Virus record (IMG/VR): IMGVR_UViG_2895778652_000001
Coordinates: 1 to 64,000 of that record
Direction: 5' to 3' (one strand)
Source of the DNA: a virus
Lineage: Duplodnaviria; Caudoviricetes
DNA length: 64,000 nt
Shown here: positions 40,571 through 49,620 of the stretch, in pieces
How the letters are laid out: every line of letters begins with the position of its first letter
How positions within the stretch are numbered: position 1 is the first letter of the stretch
Program-made: the position numbers and the translations under genes
Notes under the pieces: model-generated
What the model was told of the DNA's origin: nothing
The model's input: the letters and a program-made list of their open reading frames with translations, nothing else
The model's database searches: none

Positions 40571-40895
40571 CGGTGACCCTCCCGGACTTCAGGTCTACAA
40601 CGGTGTGCCGGTGGCCGCCCAGGTCTATAGCCAGGGCGACGGCCACGCCCAGCAGCAGGCCCTGAACCTCCTCACTGCTGGGAACGCGCCCGTGTTGCCC
40701 GTTGGCCTCCACCAACTGGAAGCGGTCCGTGAACGTGACGCGCAGGTTGGTGGGCGCGTCGATGGCATGCCCGAACGCCACCGCTAGGGCCGCGCCGAAG
40801 ACCGGGCCGACACGCTCACGGTGGACAGTGAACAGGGGGATGTAGCTCTGGGGGGCCTCGATCATGAACTGAGCAGTGACGTCATGGTCTGGCAT
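40563..40895 (-). CDS. Hypothetical protein
   Basis: Coupled ORF. Confidence 0.5.
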   Translation of the reverse strand: MPDHDVTAQFMIEAPQSYIPLFTVHRERVGPVFGAALAVAFGHAIDAPTNLRVTFTDRFQLVEANGQHGRVPSSEEVQGLLLGVAVALAIDLGGHRHTVVDLKSGRVTDA

Positions 40896-40896
40896 T

Positions 40897-42966
40897 TCAG
40901 TCCGCCGCCTCGGCCACCACGGCGCTGAGCTGGGCATGGGTCAGCACCTGCGCCAGTTGTGGGCAGACGCTGTTGCCGATGCCACGCACCTGGCGGGCCT
41001 TGCTGATCGACTTGCCCTCAGCATCCCGCTCCAGCACGAACGAGTCTGGGAACCCCTGGCAGCGCGCCAGCTCACGCGGGCTGAGCATCCGCATCCCGAT
41101 GTCCGCCAGCACGTACCACTCGCCCCGGATGTTCAGGACCACCAGGCCGTCGCGGCTGTAAGGGGCCAGCGCGCCTTCTCCGAGATACGCCAGCAGGAAG
41201 GCATGGACCTCGCGCGCCCGATCCAGCTCCGCGCTGGTCAGGGCAGGCCAGCAGGTGACGGTGATCACACCCGTTTTCCCCCCGCTGCCCTGGGTCATCA
41301 CCGTGGGGGCAGGGGCCGTGATGTCCGCGCCGTTGCTGGTGCCGAGCTGGCGCATGAGGGTGGCTGCCGAGACGCCGAAACGGTCACGGGTGGGGATGGT
41401 CCGCAGCGGCACGTCCGCTTCCTGGCCTGGATCGCCCTCGCCGTTGCTGCCGTAGTACGCGGTCAGGCAGGCGGTGGTCAGGCCGTAGCTGTTCTTGCTG
41501 ACCACGGTGGGGAGCTGGGCCGTGACGGGGTAAACGCACTGGCTCCAACTGCGCTGGTTATCCGTCTTGAGCAGCGCGCCGGTCACCAGTGCCTGCGGAC
41601 CACCCTGGGCCAGCACGGTGCGCGCCGGGCGGTCAGCGGAATAGCTGGCGTCTTCGGGCGGGAGGCTGCCGCCGTTGTGCTGGACAAAGTGGGCGGTGGA
41701 GATCCCGAGTGGGGCCGCTGCGCCCGTGCCGCCGGTGGTCACGGTATACATCGGCTTGTCGGCACTCTGGCCCACGCTGCCCGTGTTGAACTTCAGCACC
41801 TGGCCCACCACCAGCCGCGCCCCGTTCGCCGTGGTGGTCACGGTGGCGGCTGGCATGTTCACGTCCACCGCGCGGGCCTGCTGACCGGGCGCTTCACCGT
41901 TGCGAGGGACAAAGTACGCGCCCAGCAGTTCGTTCTTGTTGTGGTTGGTGGTCACGGTGGAGAGCGGCGCATCCGGCGAGCGCGCAGGATTGCTGTGCTG
42001 TTTGTTGACCACATACGGGGCCAGCAGCGGGCGCGTCAGGCCGTGCGCTTCGTGGGCGGCGGTGATGGTGTTGAACGGCTGATCCAGGCCCTGACCTCTG
42101 AACCCTGCCCCACTGTGGTTGCAGGTCACGATGAACGGCTGGGCAGCCTCCAGAACGAAGCGACGCAGGCCCTGGGCCACGCGGTTCATGGTGTTCGTCA
42201 CCAGCGGCTTCTTCCGGTCAAAGATGGAGGGGCAGGGGATGTCCCAGTCGATGCAGGACGCGGCGGATTTGTAGGATTCCAGCAGGCCAGCTTTCACGCA
42301 GGGGTCTGTCGGGGCGGCGTGCGTGGGCGCGGGCCAGACGATGGGCAGGCCATCCCGGCGGGCGATCAGGAACAGGCGCTTCCTGATGGTGGGTGTGCCG
42401 TAATCGCAAGCCCGCAGCTCGCGGTGTTCCACCTGGTAGCCCTGATAGCGTAGTGCGTTCACGAAGCTGTTGAAGGTGCGGCCCTTCTGCGCGGGGTCCG
42501 GTCTGCCGTCGGGCAACAACGGGCACCAGTCGCGGAACTCCTCGACGTTCTCCAAGATGATCACGCGGGGTTTAACCAGCGCCGCCCAGCGGACCGCCAC
42601 CCAGGCCAGGCCACGAATGCCCCGATCCAGCAGCGCCGCACCTTTGGCTTTGCTGAAGTGCGTGCATGTGGGAGAGAACCAGCACAGCGCCACCGGCTGA
42701 CCGCGCGTGACCTCCAGTGGGTCCACATGCCACACGTCTTCCACGCTGTGGTGGCTGTGAGGGTGGTTGACGCGGTGCAGGCTGACGGCCACCGGATCGT
42801 GGTTGATGGCATGGTCCACTGGACGGCCCAATGCGGCCTCTATCCCAGAGCTGGCCCCGCCGATGCCAGCAAAGTTGTCGATTACGAGTTCACCCTCGGC
42901 CAGCAGCCCAGCGTTCAGGCGGACAGCGAGGTACGGGAACAGTGGGGCGTAGGTGGGTGACTTCAC
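40897..42966 (-). CDS. C5-cytosine DNA methyltransferase with a long repetitive variable region
   Basis: DNFAGIGGAS (motif I), SPTC (IV), ENV (VI), RKRLF (VIII), RMLSPRELARCQGFP (IX), GNSV (X). Confidence 0.92.
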   Translation of the reverse strand: MKSPTYAPLFPYLAVRLNAGLLAEGELVIDNFAGIGGASSGIEAALGRPVDHAINHDPVAVSLHRVNHPHSHHSVEDVWHVDPLEVTRGQPVALCWFSPTCTHFSKAKGAALLDRGIRGLAWVAVRWAALVKPRVIILENVEEFRDWCPLLPDGRPDPAQKGRTFNSFVNALRYQGYQVEHRELRACDYGTPTIRKRLFLIARRDGLPIVWPAPTHAAPTDPCVKAGLLESYKSAASCIDWDIPCPSIFDRKKPLVTNTMNRVAQGLRRFVLEAAQPFIVTCNHSGAGFRGQGLDQPFNTITAAHEAHGLTRPLLAPYVVNKQHSNPARSPDAPLSTVTTNHNKNELLGAYFVPRNGEAPGQQARAVDVNMPAATVTTTANGARLVVGQVLKFNTGSVGQSADKPMYTVTTGGTGAAAPLGISTAHFVQHNGGSLPPEDASYSADRPARTVLAQGGPQALVTGALLKTDNQRSWSQCVYPVTAQLPTVVSKNSYGLTTACLTAYYGSNGEGDPGQEADVPLRTIPTRDRFGVSAATLMRQLGTSNGADITAPAPTVMTQGSGGKTGVITVTCWPALTSAELDRAREVHAFLLAYLGEGALAPYSRDGLVVLNIRGEWYVLADIGMRMLSPRELARCQGFPDSFVLERDAEGKSISKARQVRGIGNSVCPQLAQVLTHAQLSAVVAEAAD

Positions 42967-43787
42967 AGGGGGCCTCCAAACAGCGGACCAAACTCCGGCT
43001 GCGGGTGAGTGGGTGGAGGCGAGTTGAGGAAACCGCGCATGGCGTCCACCACGCGGGCGAACTGGGCGTCCTCTTCGGGGAGGGGTGCATTGAGGTTGTG
43101 ATACGGCATCGCCAGATCCCAGAAGCGGTTGCGCCACGTCCAGCGGTTCTCCAGGGCCAGCGTGTTGCCGCAGACCACCTGCGCGGGCAGGCCCCAGAGG
43201 GTCAGGTTCAGGAAGGTGGCCCAGCAGGAGCGGGCGCTCAGGTCCTGGGCGGTCCAGCAGACGTTGAGCGGGTGGCCGCCGCGCTCGATCAGCACCTCAG
43301 TGAAGGCCAGGATCATGCCGCCCGTGCCGCAGGCGGGTTCGTTGCAGTGCAGCACCTCACCGGGGGTCAGATCGGCGCTCAGGGTCATCTGGGCCATCAG
43401 GCGGCAGATGCTGCGCGGGGTGTAAAACTCCGCCCCAGCAGCACGGTCCAGCCGATGCCCAATCTCCATGTAGACCGGACCCAGCAGATCGGTATAGGGC
43501 CGGTCATCCATGTCGGTGATCAACTGGTGGAACGCCCGCACGATTACGCCGAGGTCATGCTCGTCCAGACCCCGCACGGCGTCCAGATACGTCTCTTCCT
43601 GCTGGCTCAGCGTCAGGGCAGCGGCCCCGGCCTGGACAAGACGGCGGTAAGCCTCGGACACACGGACGCGCCGGACCTCCTCCAGAATGCGGAAGAACGG
43701 CAGGCGCAGCGGATCACCGATGAAGCCCTTCTCGCGGTCCGCCTCGGCAGACTGGCGCTGATAGGCGCGGGCCATCTTAGACGTCAT
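42963..43787 (-). CDS. Short HsdM/N6-methyltransferase-like SAM-binding protein
   Basis: DLLGPVY, EFYTP, EPACGTGGM, GNTL; no NPPY/F motif is visible. Confidence 0.75.
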   Translation of the reverse strand: MTSKMARAYQRQSAEADREKGFIGDPLRLPFFRILEEVRRVRVSEAYRRLVQAGAAALTLSQQEETYLDAVRGLDEHDLGVIVRAFHQLITDMDDRPYTDLLGPVYMEIGHRLDRAAGAEFYTPRSICRLMAQMTLSADLTPGEVLHCNEPACGTGGMILAFTEVLIERGGHPLNVCWTAQDLSARSCWATFLNLTLWGLPAQVVCGNTLALENRWTWRNRFWDLAMPYHNLNAPLPEEDAQFARVVDAMRGFLNSPPPTHPQPEFGPLFGGPL

Positions 43788-44637
43788 TTAAGCCGCCGTC
43801 CTGGCCCAACCAATCCAAGCTGCCGTGCGTGCCACGCAGCCGTCTCCAGCCCACCGGATTGATCCACAGGCATTCCTGACGGTGCCCGTTGCTCTGGGCG
43901 CGTGCGGTGGTGCTGACCAGGTGCCAGCCCGCGAGCTGCTCGGAGTACTGCGCGCTCGGGTAGCCGCTCATGACCACTGGGCCGACGTGCCCGAGTACCG
44001 CATCGATCAGCGCCTGATGTTCAGCAGGCGTCTTCAATTCATGGTCATACAGCCGCCCAGCCTTGTGGGTTTCTCCGAGGTAGGGCGGATCGATGTACAG
44101 CAGCGTCTCTGAGTTGTTGACCCGTTGGATCAGCGCCAGAGCGTCCAGGTTGCTGATCTGGGCATTCATCAGGCGGTCAGCCGCGAAGGCGATCCGCTCA
44201 GGCAGGTTGCGCCAGGCTGTGAGGGGCGTCTGCTGATCGACACCCCGGAAGCGCCAGCCGGTCTTGCGCTGCATGGCCCGTTTGCCGTACTGCTGCCAGG
44301 TGATCGTGATCATGCAGCGGGCGCGTTCCAGATCCGGCAATTCGTCCGGGGCCAGCAGGGCCGCGCAACATGCCTCGTACTCGTCCAGCGCCCAGGGCGT
44401 CAGGGAAACCTGCTCCGCCAGTGCCTGTGGCTGGGTTCGCAGCACCCGGAAGACCGCCACCACGTTGCCGTCCAGATCGTTGATGATCTCGGTGGCGGCC
44501 TCGGGCTTGAGGAAGAACACGCCGCCAGAACCGAAGAACGGCTCGCAATACACCTTGTGGGGCGGCAGGTGCCCGATGACCCACTCGGCAATGCGCCACT
44601 TGCTGCCAGGCCAGCGCAGGACCGGGGCAGCCGTCAC
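43777..44637 (-). CDS. Dam-like (D12 class) adenine methyltransferase
   Basis: LRWPGSK, EPFFGSGGV, NDLD, YIDPPY. Confidence 0.92.
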   Translation of the reverse strand: MTAAPVLRWPGSKWRIAEWVIGHLPPHKVYCEPFFGSGGVFFLKPEAATEIINDLDGNVVAVFRVLRTQPQALAEQVSLTPWALDEYEACCAALLAPDELPDLERARCMITITWQQYGKRAMQRKTGWRFRGVDQQTPLTAWRNLPERIAFAADRLMNAQISNLDALALIQRVNNSETLLYIDPPYLGETHKAGRLYDHELKTPAEHQALIDAVLGHVGPVVMSGYPSAQYSEQLAGWHLVSTTARAQSNGHRQECLWINPVGWRRLRGTHGSLDWLGQDGGLNDV

Positions 44638-44861
44638 AGCAGCTCCCCCACCCAGTGTTCCAGCGTCTGGCCATTGCGCTGATCACTGGGGCGAGACTGG
44701 GCCAGCCCGCGCTTCCGCAGGGTCCACATGTAGCCGCTGCACTGCTTGAGCGGTAGGCCAGTCTCGTCCACCAGCTCGCGCGTGGTCATCGGCACGCCAA
44801 GGAACTCGCTCAGCGCCACGAGGACCTTGTGGATGTCGCTCCCAGGGACGACGACACTCAC
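44634..44861 (-). CDS. Small HTH protein
   Basis: MTTRELVDETGLPLKQCSGYMWTLRKRGL. Confidence 0.6.
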   Translation of the reverse strand: MSVVVPGSDIHKVLVALSEFLGVPMTTRELVDETGLPLKQCSGYMWTLRKRGLAQSRPSDQRNGQTLEHWVGELL

Positions 44862-45217
44862 GCCGCCCCCGCCTTCGCCGTGGCCTGCCGGGCGAGCAGC
44901 ACCAGGGCCTCGAAACACACCGGATCGTTGTGCATGGGCCGCACCGTCCAACGCGGCATCAGGGCCAGCACCTCACCCTCGCTGACCGACTCCGGCAACC
45001 CCTCCAGAATCTGCTGCACCAGACTCCGCAACACGCCGATCCGCACCGGGTCCGCGCCCGCGCAGTAATTGACGGCATACACGCCACCGCCCACGCGGTT
45101 CGCCACCACGCGAACGCCAAACAGCACGCGGTGACAGCCGAACTCCCACTGGGCCGTCTCAGAAGTCAGGCGCAGCACGTCATAGGACTCGGTGGTGGGA
45201 GCGAGAGAGAAGATCAC
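44858..45217 (-). CDS. Hypothetical protein
   Basis: Coupled ORF. Confidence 0.55.
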   Translation of the reverse strand: MIFSLAPTTESYDVLRLTSETAQWEFGCHRVLFGVRVVANRVGGGVYAVNYCAGADPVRIGVLRSLVQQILEGLPESVSEGEVLALMPRWTVRPMHNDPVCFEALVLLARQATAKAGAA

Positions 45218-45843
45218 AGCCAGCCCCGCGCGCCCAGTCTTTCCATGAGGACCGTCTGCTGCATCGCTGCCGCATCCCGCAGGAAATCCAGTGTCACCAG
45301 AAAGCGGCGCTCAATGGTGAACGTCGCGTGGTAGCCGTACAGGATGTTGCGCGCCCGCTGACTCAGGGCTTCCGTTTCGTCCTCTCCGGCCCAGCCGTAT
45401 ATCGGCCCACCCAGGAGGTGCGCGTGCGCTTCCAGGCGGCAGGCGTGCCAGTCCATCGCCTTGACGGCGGGGTCCAGCTCCACGGGCACGCCGTAGTGGG
45501 CCGCGCACGCTGCCCAGACGCGCGCCTCGACTTTCTGGTAGTCCGGCAACAGGCGCTTGAGCGGGGCCGACACGTCCCCCACGTAACATTCTGCGGCGTC
45601 GTGGACCAGGCCCTGGAGCAGCAGCCCGGCGTCCCGGTGGCCACGCTCGGCCAGCAGTTCCACCACCAGTAGGCTGTGCTGCGCCACCGAGAAGGCGCGA
45701 TTGAGATGGCCGGTGAAGCGGTTGATGTGGGCCAGCGCGTGCGCCACATCAGCGTCCTTGATGTGGGCGGGCGTGGGGCTGAGGAAATCGAAGGCAACGT
45801 GCCCATGGGTCTGATTCCAGGCAGGATGGGTGGGGGCAGTCAC
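45214..45843 (-). CDS. HD-domain phosphohydrolase (YfbR-like 5'-deoxynucleotidase)
   Basis: INRFTGH...FSVAQHS...LVHDAAECYVGD..PLK. Confidence 0.85.
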   Translation of the reverse strand: MTAPTHPAWNQTHGHVAFDFLSPTPAHIKDADVAHALAHINRFTGHLNRAFSVAQHSLLVVELLAERGHRDAGLLLQGLVHDAAECYVGDVSAPLKRLLPDYQKVEARVWAACAAHYGVPVELDPAVKAMDWHACRLEAHAHLLGGPIYGWAGEDETEALSQRARNILYGYHATFTIERRFLVTLDFLRDAAAMQQTVLMERLGARGWL

Positions 45844-46024
45844 GACAGCACCTCGCTCCAGACGAACTTGACTTCCACGGTCAGCTCCTGGCGGCAGTTT
45901 GGGCAGGCGAGATACAGCACGCCGTCACTCAGGTGGCCGAAGGCGTTCTCCAGAATGTCCTCGGGAAACAGGTGCTGGCACCTGGGGCAACCCCCACGCG
46001 CTTCGTGGTCCTGAACGACAGCCA

Positions 46025-46273
46025 CTAAAACCACTCCAGTGGTCCGACATCCACCCATGCGCTGATCGGCTGCCCGCTCCAGCGCACGCCCAGGCAAGCC
46101 AGAGCCGCGCCCAGCAGAAACGCGGGGAGCGAGAAAGACTGGACCGCCAGCAGGCAAATCAGCAAGGCCAGCGCCATCACTGGCCCACTCAAACGGCGGC
46201 GCAGGTTCGCGCGGCGCAGCCGGGCACGCAGGGCAGTCGGGGCAGGAGCGGTGGAATAGATCGGGTAATTCAT
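46025..46273 (-). CDS. Small membrane protein
   Basis: Two hydrophobic segments; GGAGG RBS. Confidence 0.5.
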   Translation of the reverse strand: MNYPIYSTAPAPTALRARLRRANLRRRLSGPVMALALLICLLAVQSFSLPAFLLGAALACLGVRWSGQPISAWVDVGPLEWF

Positions 46274-46695
46274 CGGCAGTCCTCCAGGAGCTGATCGAAA
46301 GGGCTGAGCTGGGATGGCGGCGTGGGCTGGGCGTATTGCTCGATCAAAGCGCGGCGTTCCTCCCGGCGGCGGCGCACGTCGGCCAGCAACACGTCACGGG
46401 CAGGCACGTCCGGGTGGATGGAGTCCTGCACCTGACGCAGCTCGGCAGTCACCGGGCAGGCCGCAGCGGTCAGGCGGTAGCCCAGAACGGGCATGCCCTC
46501 CTCGAACTGGCGGCGGGATTCCACGCGCTTCCGGCGTTTCAGACACAGCAGCAATGAACTCACGCCTGCCGGGTCCAGTGGGGCGCGGATGGGGCGGGGC
46601 AATTCCTCGGCGATCACGCGCACAGAGGCCCACGGGTGGGAGGCTAGATACGTTTCGATGCGGGCCAGCAGGCCGGGCCGGGTGGAGTCCATCAT
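46270..46695 (-). CDS. Hypothetical protein (possible winged HTH)
   Basis: Coupled ORF. Confidence 0.5.
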   Translation of the reverse strand: MMDSTRPGLLARIETYLASHPWASVRVIAEELPRPIRAPLDPAGVSSLLLCLKRRKRVESRRQFEEGMPVLGYRLTAAACPVTAELRQVQDSIHPDVPARDVLLADVRRRREERRALIEQYAQPTPPSQLSPFDQLLEDCR

Positions 46696-46945
46696 GCCCG
46701 CGCCGCCAGTTCCTGCCAGTTGTCGAGGGCCAGTTCAACCACCTGCGCGTTGCTGTATTCCTGCGCTGAGGCGTAGGCGTTCCGCATGGCCTGAGCCGGG
46801 GTTGCGCCGTCCACCTCGATGGTGTCGCCCTCCGGGGAGAACAGACGCACGCTGCCGCCCTGCGTCCACCAAACCCGCCAGCCACGCGCCTTCAGGTCCG
46901 CTTCCAGGCGCTTGGTGCTGCTGGTGGTGGGGAGCCAGGGGAGGT

Positions 46946-47344
46946 TCACTGCTGATCCTTGCGGGCCACGCGGGTGAGCTGCCCGGCCCGGCACTCGTAA
47001 GGGCGGTTCTCGCCCTGCAAGAACACCTTGAAATCTGGCCCGCCTTTCTCCGGGTAATCGTCCACGATCAGGCCCGGCTCATCCTCCAGGGTGTCCACGT
47101 CCATGCTGACGGCCTGTTCGCAGGTGCCGTTCACGCGCACCCAGTCGCCTATCTGGAGATCGCCATTGCAGCGGATCAGCTCGGTACGCTTCATATGGAG
47201 AATCAACCCAGCCGCGCTACCGCCCTCGGCAGCCAGTGTGTAGGTTCCGTATTCGTCCATCGAAACGACGCATGCCTGCTGGGCACTCCAGCTGTCGCGG
47301 GTGATCACCACTTCGTCACCAGCGTCCAGAATCTGCTTGCTCAT
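46946..47344 (-). CDS. Hypothetical protein with tandem SH3-like barrels
   Basis: AGDEVVIT and IGDWVRV repeats. Confidence 0.5.
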   Translation of the reverse strand: MSKQILDAGDEVVITRDSWSAQQACVVSMDEYGTYTLAAEGGSAAGLILHMKRTELIRCNGDLQIGDWVRVNGTCEQAVSMDVDTLEDEPGLIVDDYPEKGGPDFKVFLQGENRPYECRAGQLTRVARKDQQ

Positions 47345-47513
47345 GCCGCCGCCATGCGGTTCAGTTCCATCCGGCAGGCCCGCGCGATCCGGTCACTGCG
47401 GCGGGCGCGGGTGCGGCGCTCAGGGGTGCAGGGATCGGCAGACAGCTCGGAGAACAGCGCCAGCGCATGCAGGCGGCGCAGGCGGGCGAGGCGAGAGCGG
47501 GCGGGACGGCGGA

Positions 47514-47924
47514 TCACGCCGCCACCTGTCCTTCCAGCCCGCTGGCCGCCTTCAGATCCCGCTCGAACTCAGCGCGCACTTTCTTCCAGCTCTTGACCAC
47601 GTCGTTCAGGCGGCGGGTGCGGCGCGCGACGTGGAATGTGCCGCCGTCGGTGCTGACCTCAAAACCAAGCACGCGTAGGCCGGTGATGACGCGGCTGGCG
47701 CTGAAGTTGAACTCGCGGCTGGCGGTGGTGGTGATCGCGCGTCCCTCAATGAACTTCAGTACTTCAGCGAACGCGACGAACTTCAGGACGCACTTGGGGC
47801 CGACAACACCGATGAAGGGCACGTCGTAGCCGCCCTTGCTCAGCGCCAGGCCGCAGCACGCGCACTGGGCGGCGTCCGCGTGGGGGAAGGTGTGGGGCTT
47901 GCTTTCGGGGGCGGTGTGCGTCAT
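47514..47924 (-). CDS. First gene of the leftward early operon (Cys motif)
   Basis: GGAG RBS; CACCG...VGPKC. Confidence 0.65.
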   Translation of the reverse strand: MTHTAPESKPHTFPHADAAQCACCGLALSKGGYDVPFIGVVGPKCVLKFVAFAEVLKFIEGRAITTTASREFNFSASRVITGLRVLGFEVSTDGGTFHVARRTRRLNDVVKSWKKVRAEFERDLKAASGLEGQVAA

Positions 47925-47998
47925 GCTTTCTCCGTTACTCCCTCGCCTGGATTTGCTTAGCGGCATTCGGCGGGGGAGTGCCTTTTTGGCTTGAAACA

Positions 47999-48051
47999 AT
48001 CTTACCATCTACTGGGGATATTATGCAACAATATCTCCAGTAGATAGGAAG
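47999..48051. promoter_or_regulatory. Left early promoter/operator (O_L-like) with a 39-bp inverted repeat
   Basis: ATCTACTGGGGATATT-N7-AATATCTCCAGTAGAT (15/16 match); leftward promoter TTGCAT-N18-TAAGAT. Confidence 0.75.
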
Positions 48052-48109
48052 GTCGGCAACGCCCACCTGAACTTGATTTGTCTGCTACCGTAATTCACAC
48101 AGGAGACAT

Positions 48110-49486
48110 ATGCCCGGAACATCCAATTGGGGGCCAGAAGAGGTTGACGCCGCTTTGAAGAAACGAGGCGCTGACGCCATTCTTGCCGTGCCACCGGGGC
48201 CAGGGCTGAAGCAAACCGCCGTCTGGGCGCGTGCGGCGCTAACTGCAAACCATCTACGCAAAATGCAGGAGGCCTGCCAGCGACTGGCTGTTTTCCAGAC
48301 CCCCCTCGCCATGGGCCTGTCCGTTGCCATTACCAGCCAGGTGGGTGAACACGATGAGGCTCTGGACATGCCCATGCCCCGCGCCAGTTCTGCGCGCACC
48401 GATCAGGACGGGCTGGCATGGTTCTACTTGGGGCGCAGCTCCTCTCTGGCCGCTCTGGGCCGTCCTGGGGAAGCGCTGGTGGAACTTGGGCGCGGCATTG
48501 CCGCCGCAGAGGCCGCAGGGCTGCCAGAGCGCGCCCAGCTCCTGCGGTTCCACGCGCGGGTGATTGAGGTGCGGCTCGGAATCGCGGTCCCTGAGATCAT
48601 CCACCAGGACCTTGCTGAACCGATGGCCGAAGGCCGCAGGAGCTGGCACAGCGGAAATTACGCGGCTGCACTGTTGCAGCGGGGGGAGTACCGCCGCGCC
48701 TCACTGGCCTCAGAGGCTGGGAACATGTACCACACTGCCGCGCTGGCCTTGCAGGGCATCGACGGCGGCGATCATCTCCGCAGCGCTTCCCAGATCGCCG
48801 CCCGAACCTGGGCCAAAGCCTGGGCCGGGCAGACCGTCCCCCGCGTCTCTGATCTGGGCCACTCGCTGGTCGGCAGTTACGCCGTCCTGGCGCTGGCTCT
48901 TGATTACTCGCGCACGGTGACAGGGGCCAGGCTGGTGGGCGATCTGATCGGGGCGACACCTCCCCGGCAGGCGGACATGGCCGCGCTCTGGGCTGGAATC
49001 GGTCTTCAGGCCCTTGCGCGCGGCGGCACTGTCGCAGACCCCCTCAACACTGTCGCCACACTGTCTGACGCGCTGAGGCGACTGGGCAGCACAGATGACG
49101 TGCTGAGCATCATGACGCGGCTGATGCCAGAGGCGGTGGTGATTGCCAGCGTGGGACCAGGGGCACACCGGGAGATCGCGCTGGCTGCGAACACGCTGAT
49201 GACGCGTTCAGGCTCCCCCACCACGGCGCAGGTGCTGGCTGCTTATGCCCAGCAGAACGTCCAGACGCGGCCAGGACGCGCACCCAACTTTGGGGCCATC
49301 CTGGTGGCCCTGGAACACCTGATTGAGACCGCCGCAGATCAGGAGCGGGTGGGCCTGGAACACCAGTGGAGAATGGCGCGGGAGGCCGTCCTGTTTGAGC
49401 ATGGGGGCCGGTGGGCGCTGCCAGGGGCAATCACAGGAACTTACCATTGCGGACAGCCCTCCAGTGGCCGCACACTGGAGGCATGA
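48110..49486 (+). CDS. All-alpha TPR-like protein, candidate peptide receptor
   Basis: AGGAG RBS; TPR-like helices (AWFYLGRSSSLAALGRPGEALVELGRG; NYAAALLQRGEYRRA); ATGA-coupled to a small secreted peptide. Confidence 0.65.
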   Translation: MPGTSNWGPEEVDAALKKRGADAILAVPPGPGLKQTAVWARAALTANHLRKMQEACQRLAVFQTPLAMGLSVAITSQVGEHDEALDMPMPRASSARTDQDGLAWFYLGRSSSLAALGRPGEALVELGRGIAAAEAAGLPERAQLLRFHARVIEVRLGIAVPEIIHQDLAEPMAEGRRSWHSGNYAAALLQRGEYRRASLASEAGNMYHTAALALQGIDGGDHLRSASQIAARTWAKAWAGQTVPRVSDLGHSLVGSYAVLALALDYSRTVTGARLVGDLIGATPPRQADMAALWAGIGLQALARGGTVADPLNTVATLSDALRRLGSTDDVLSIMTRLMPEAVVIASVGPGAHREIALAANTLMTRSGSPTTAQVLAAYAQQNVQTRPGRAPNFGAILVALEHLIETAADQERVGLEHQWRMAREAVLFEHGGRWALPGAITGTYHCGQPSSGRTLEA

Positions 49487-49617
49487 AAAAATTACTGCTA
49501 ACGGTCCTCTGTCTGATCCTGGCGACTGCTCCTGCTGGTGCAATCAAACTGAAGGGCAGTGATGGGTCACAGGGCAGCCCTTCCAGGATCGGCAACGATC
49601 CCTGCCACGGCTGCTGA
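49483..49617 (+). CDS. 44-aa secreted propeptide (candidate signalling peptide)
   Basis: GGAGG precedes the ATG. Sec signal MKKLLLTVLCLILATAPAGA (A-x-A site) followed by IKLKGSDGSQGSPSRIGNDPCHGC. Confidence 0.75.
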   Translation: MKKLLLTVLCLILATAPAGAIKLKGSDGSQGSPSRIGNDPCHGC

Positions 49618-49620
49618 GTC

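Noticed and set aside
49411-49482. 68-aa start for the peptide ORF given in the ORF track
   Set aside because: It overlaps the upstream gene. ATG 49483 has GGAGG, ATGA coupling and begins a clean signal peptide.
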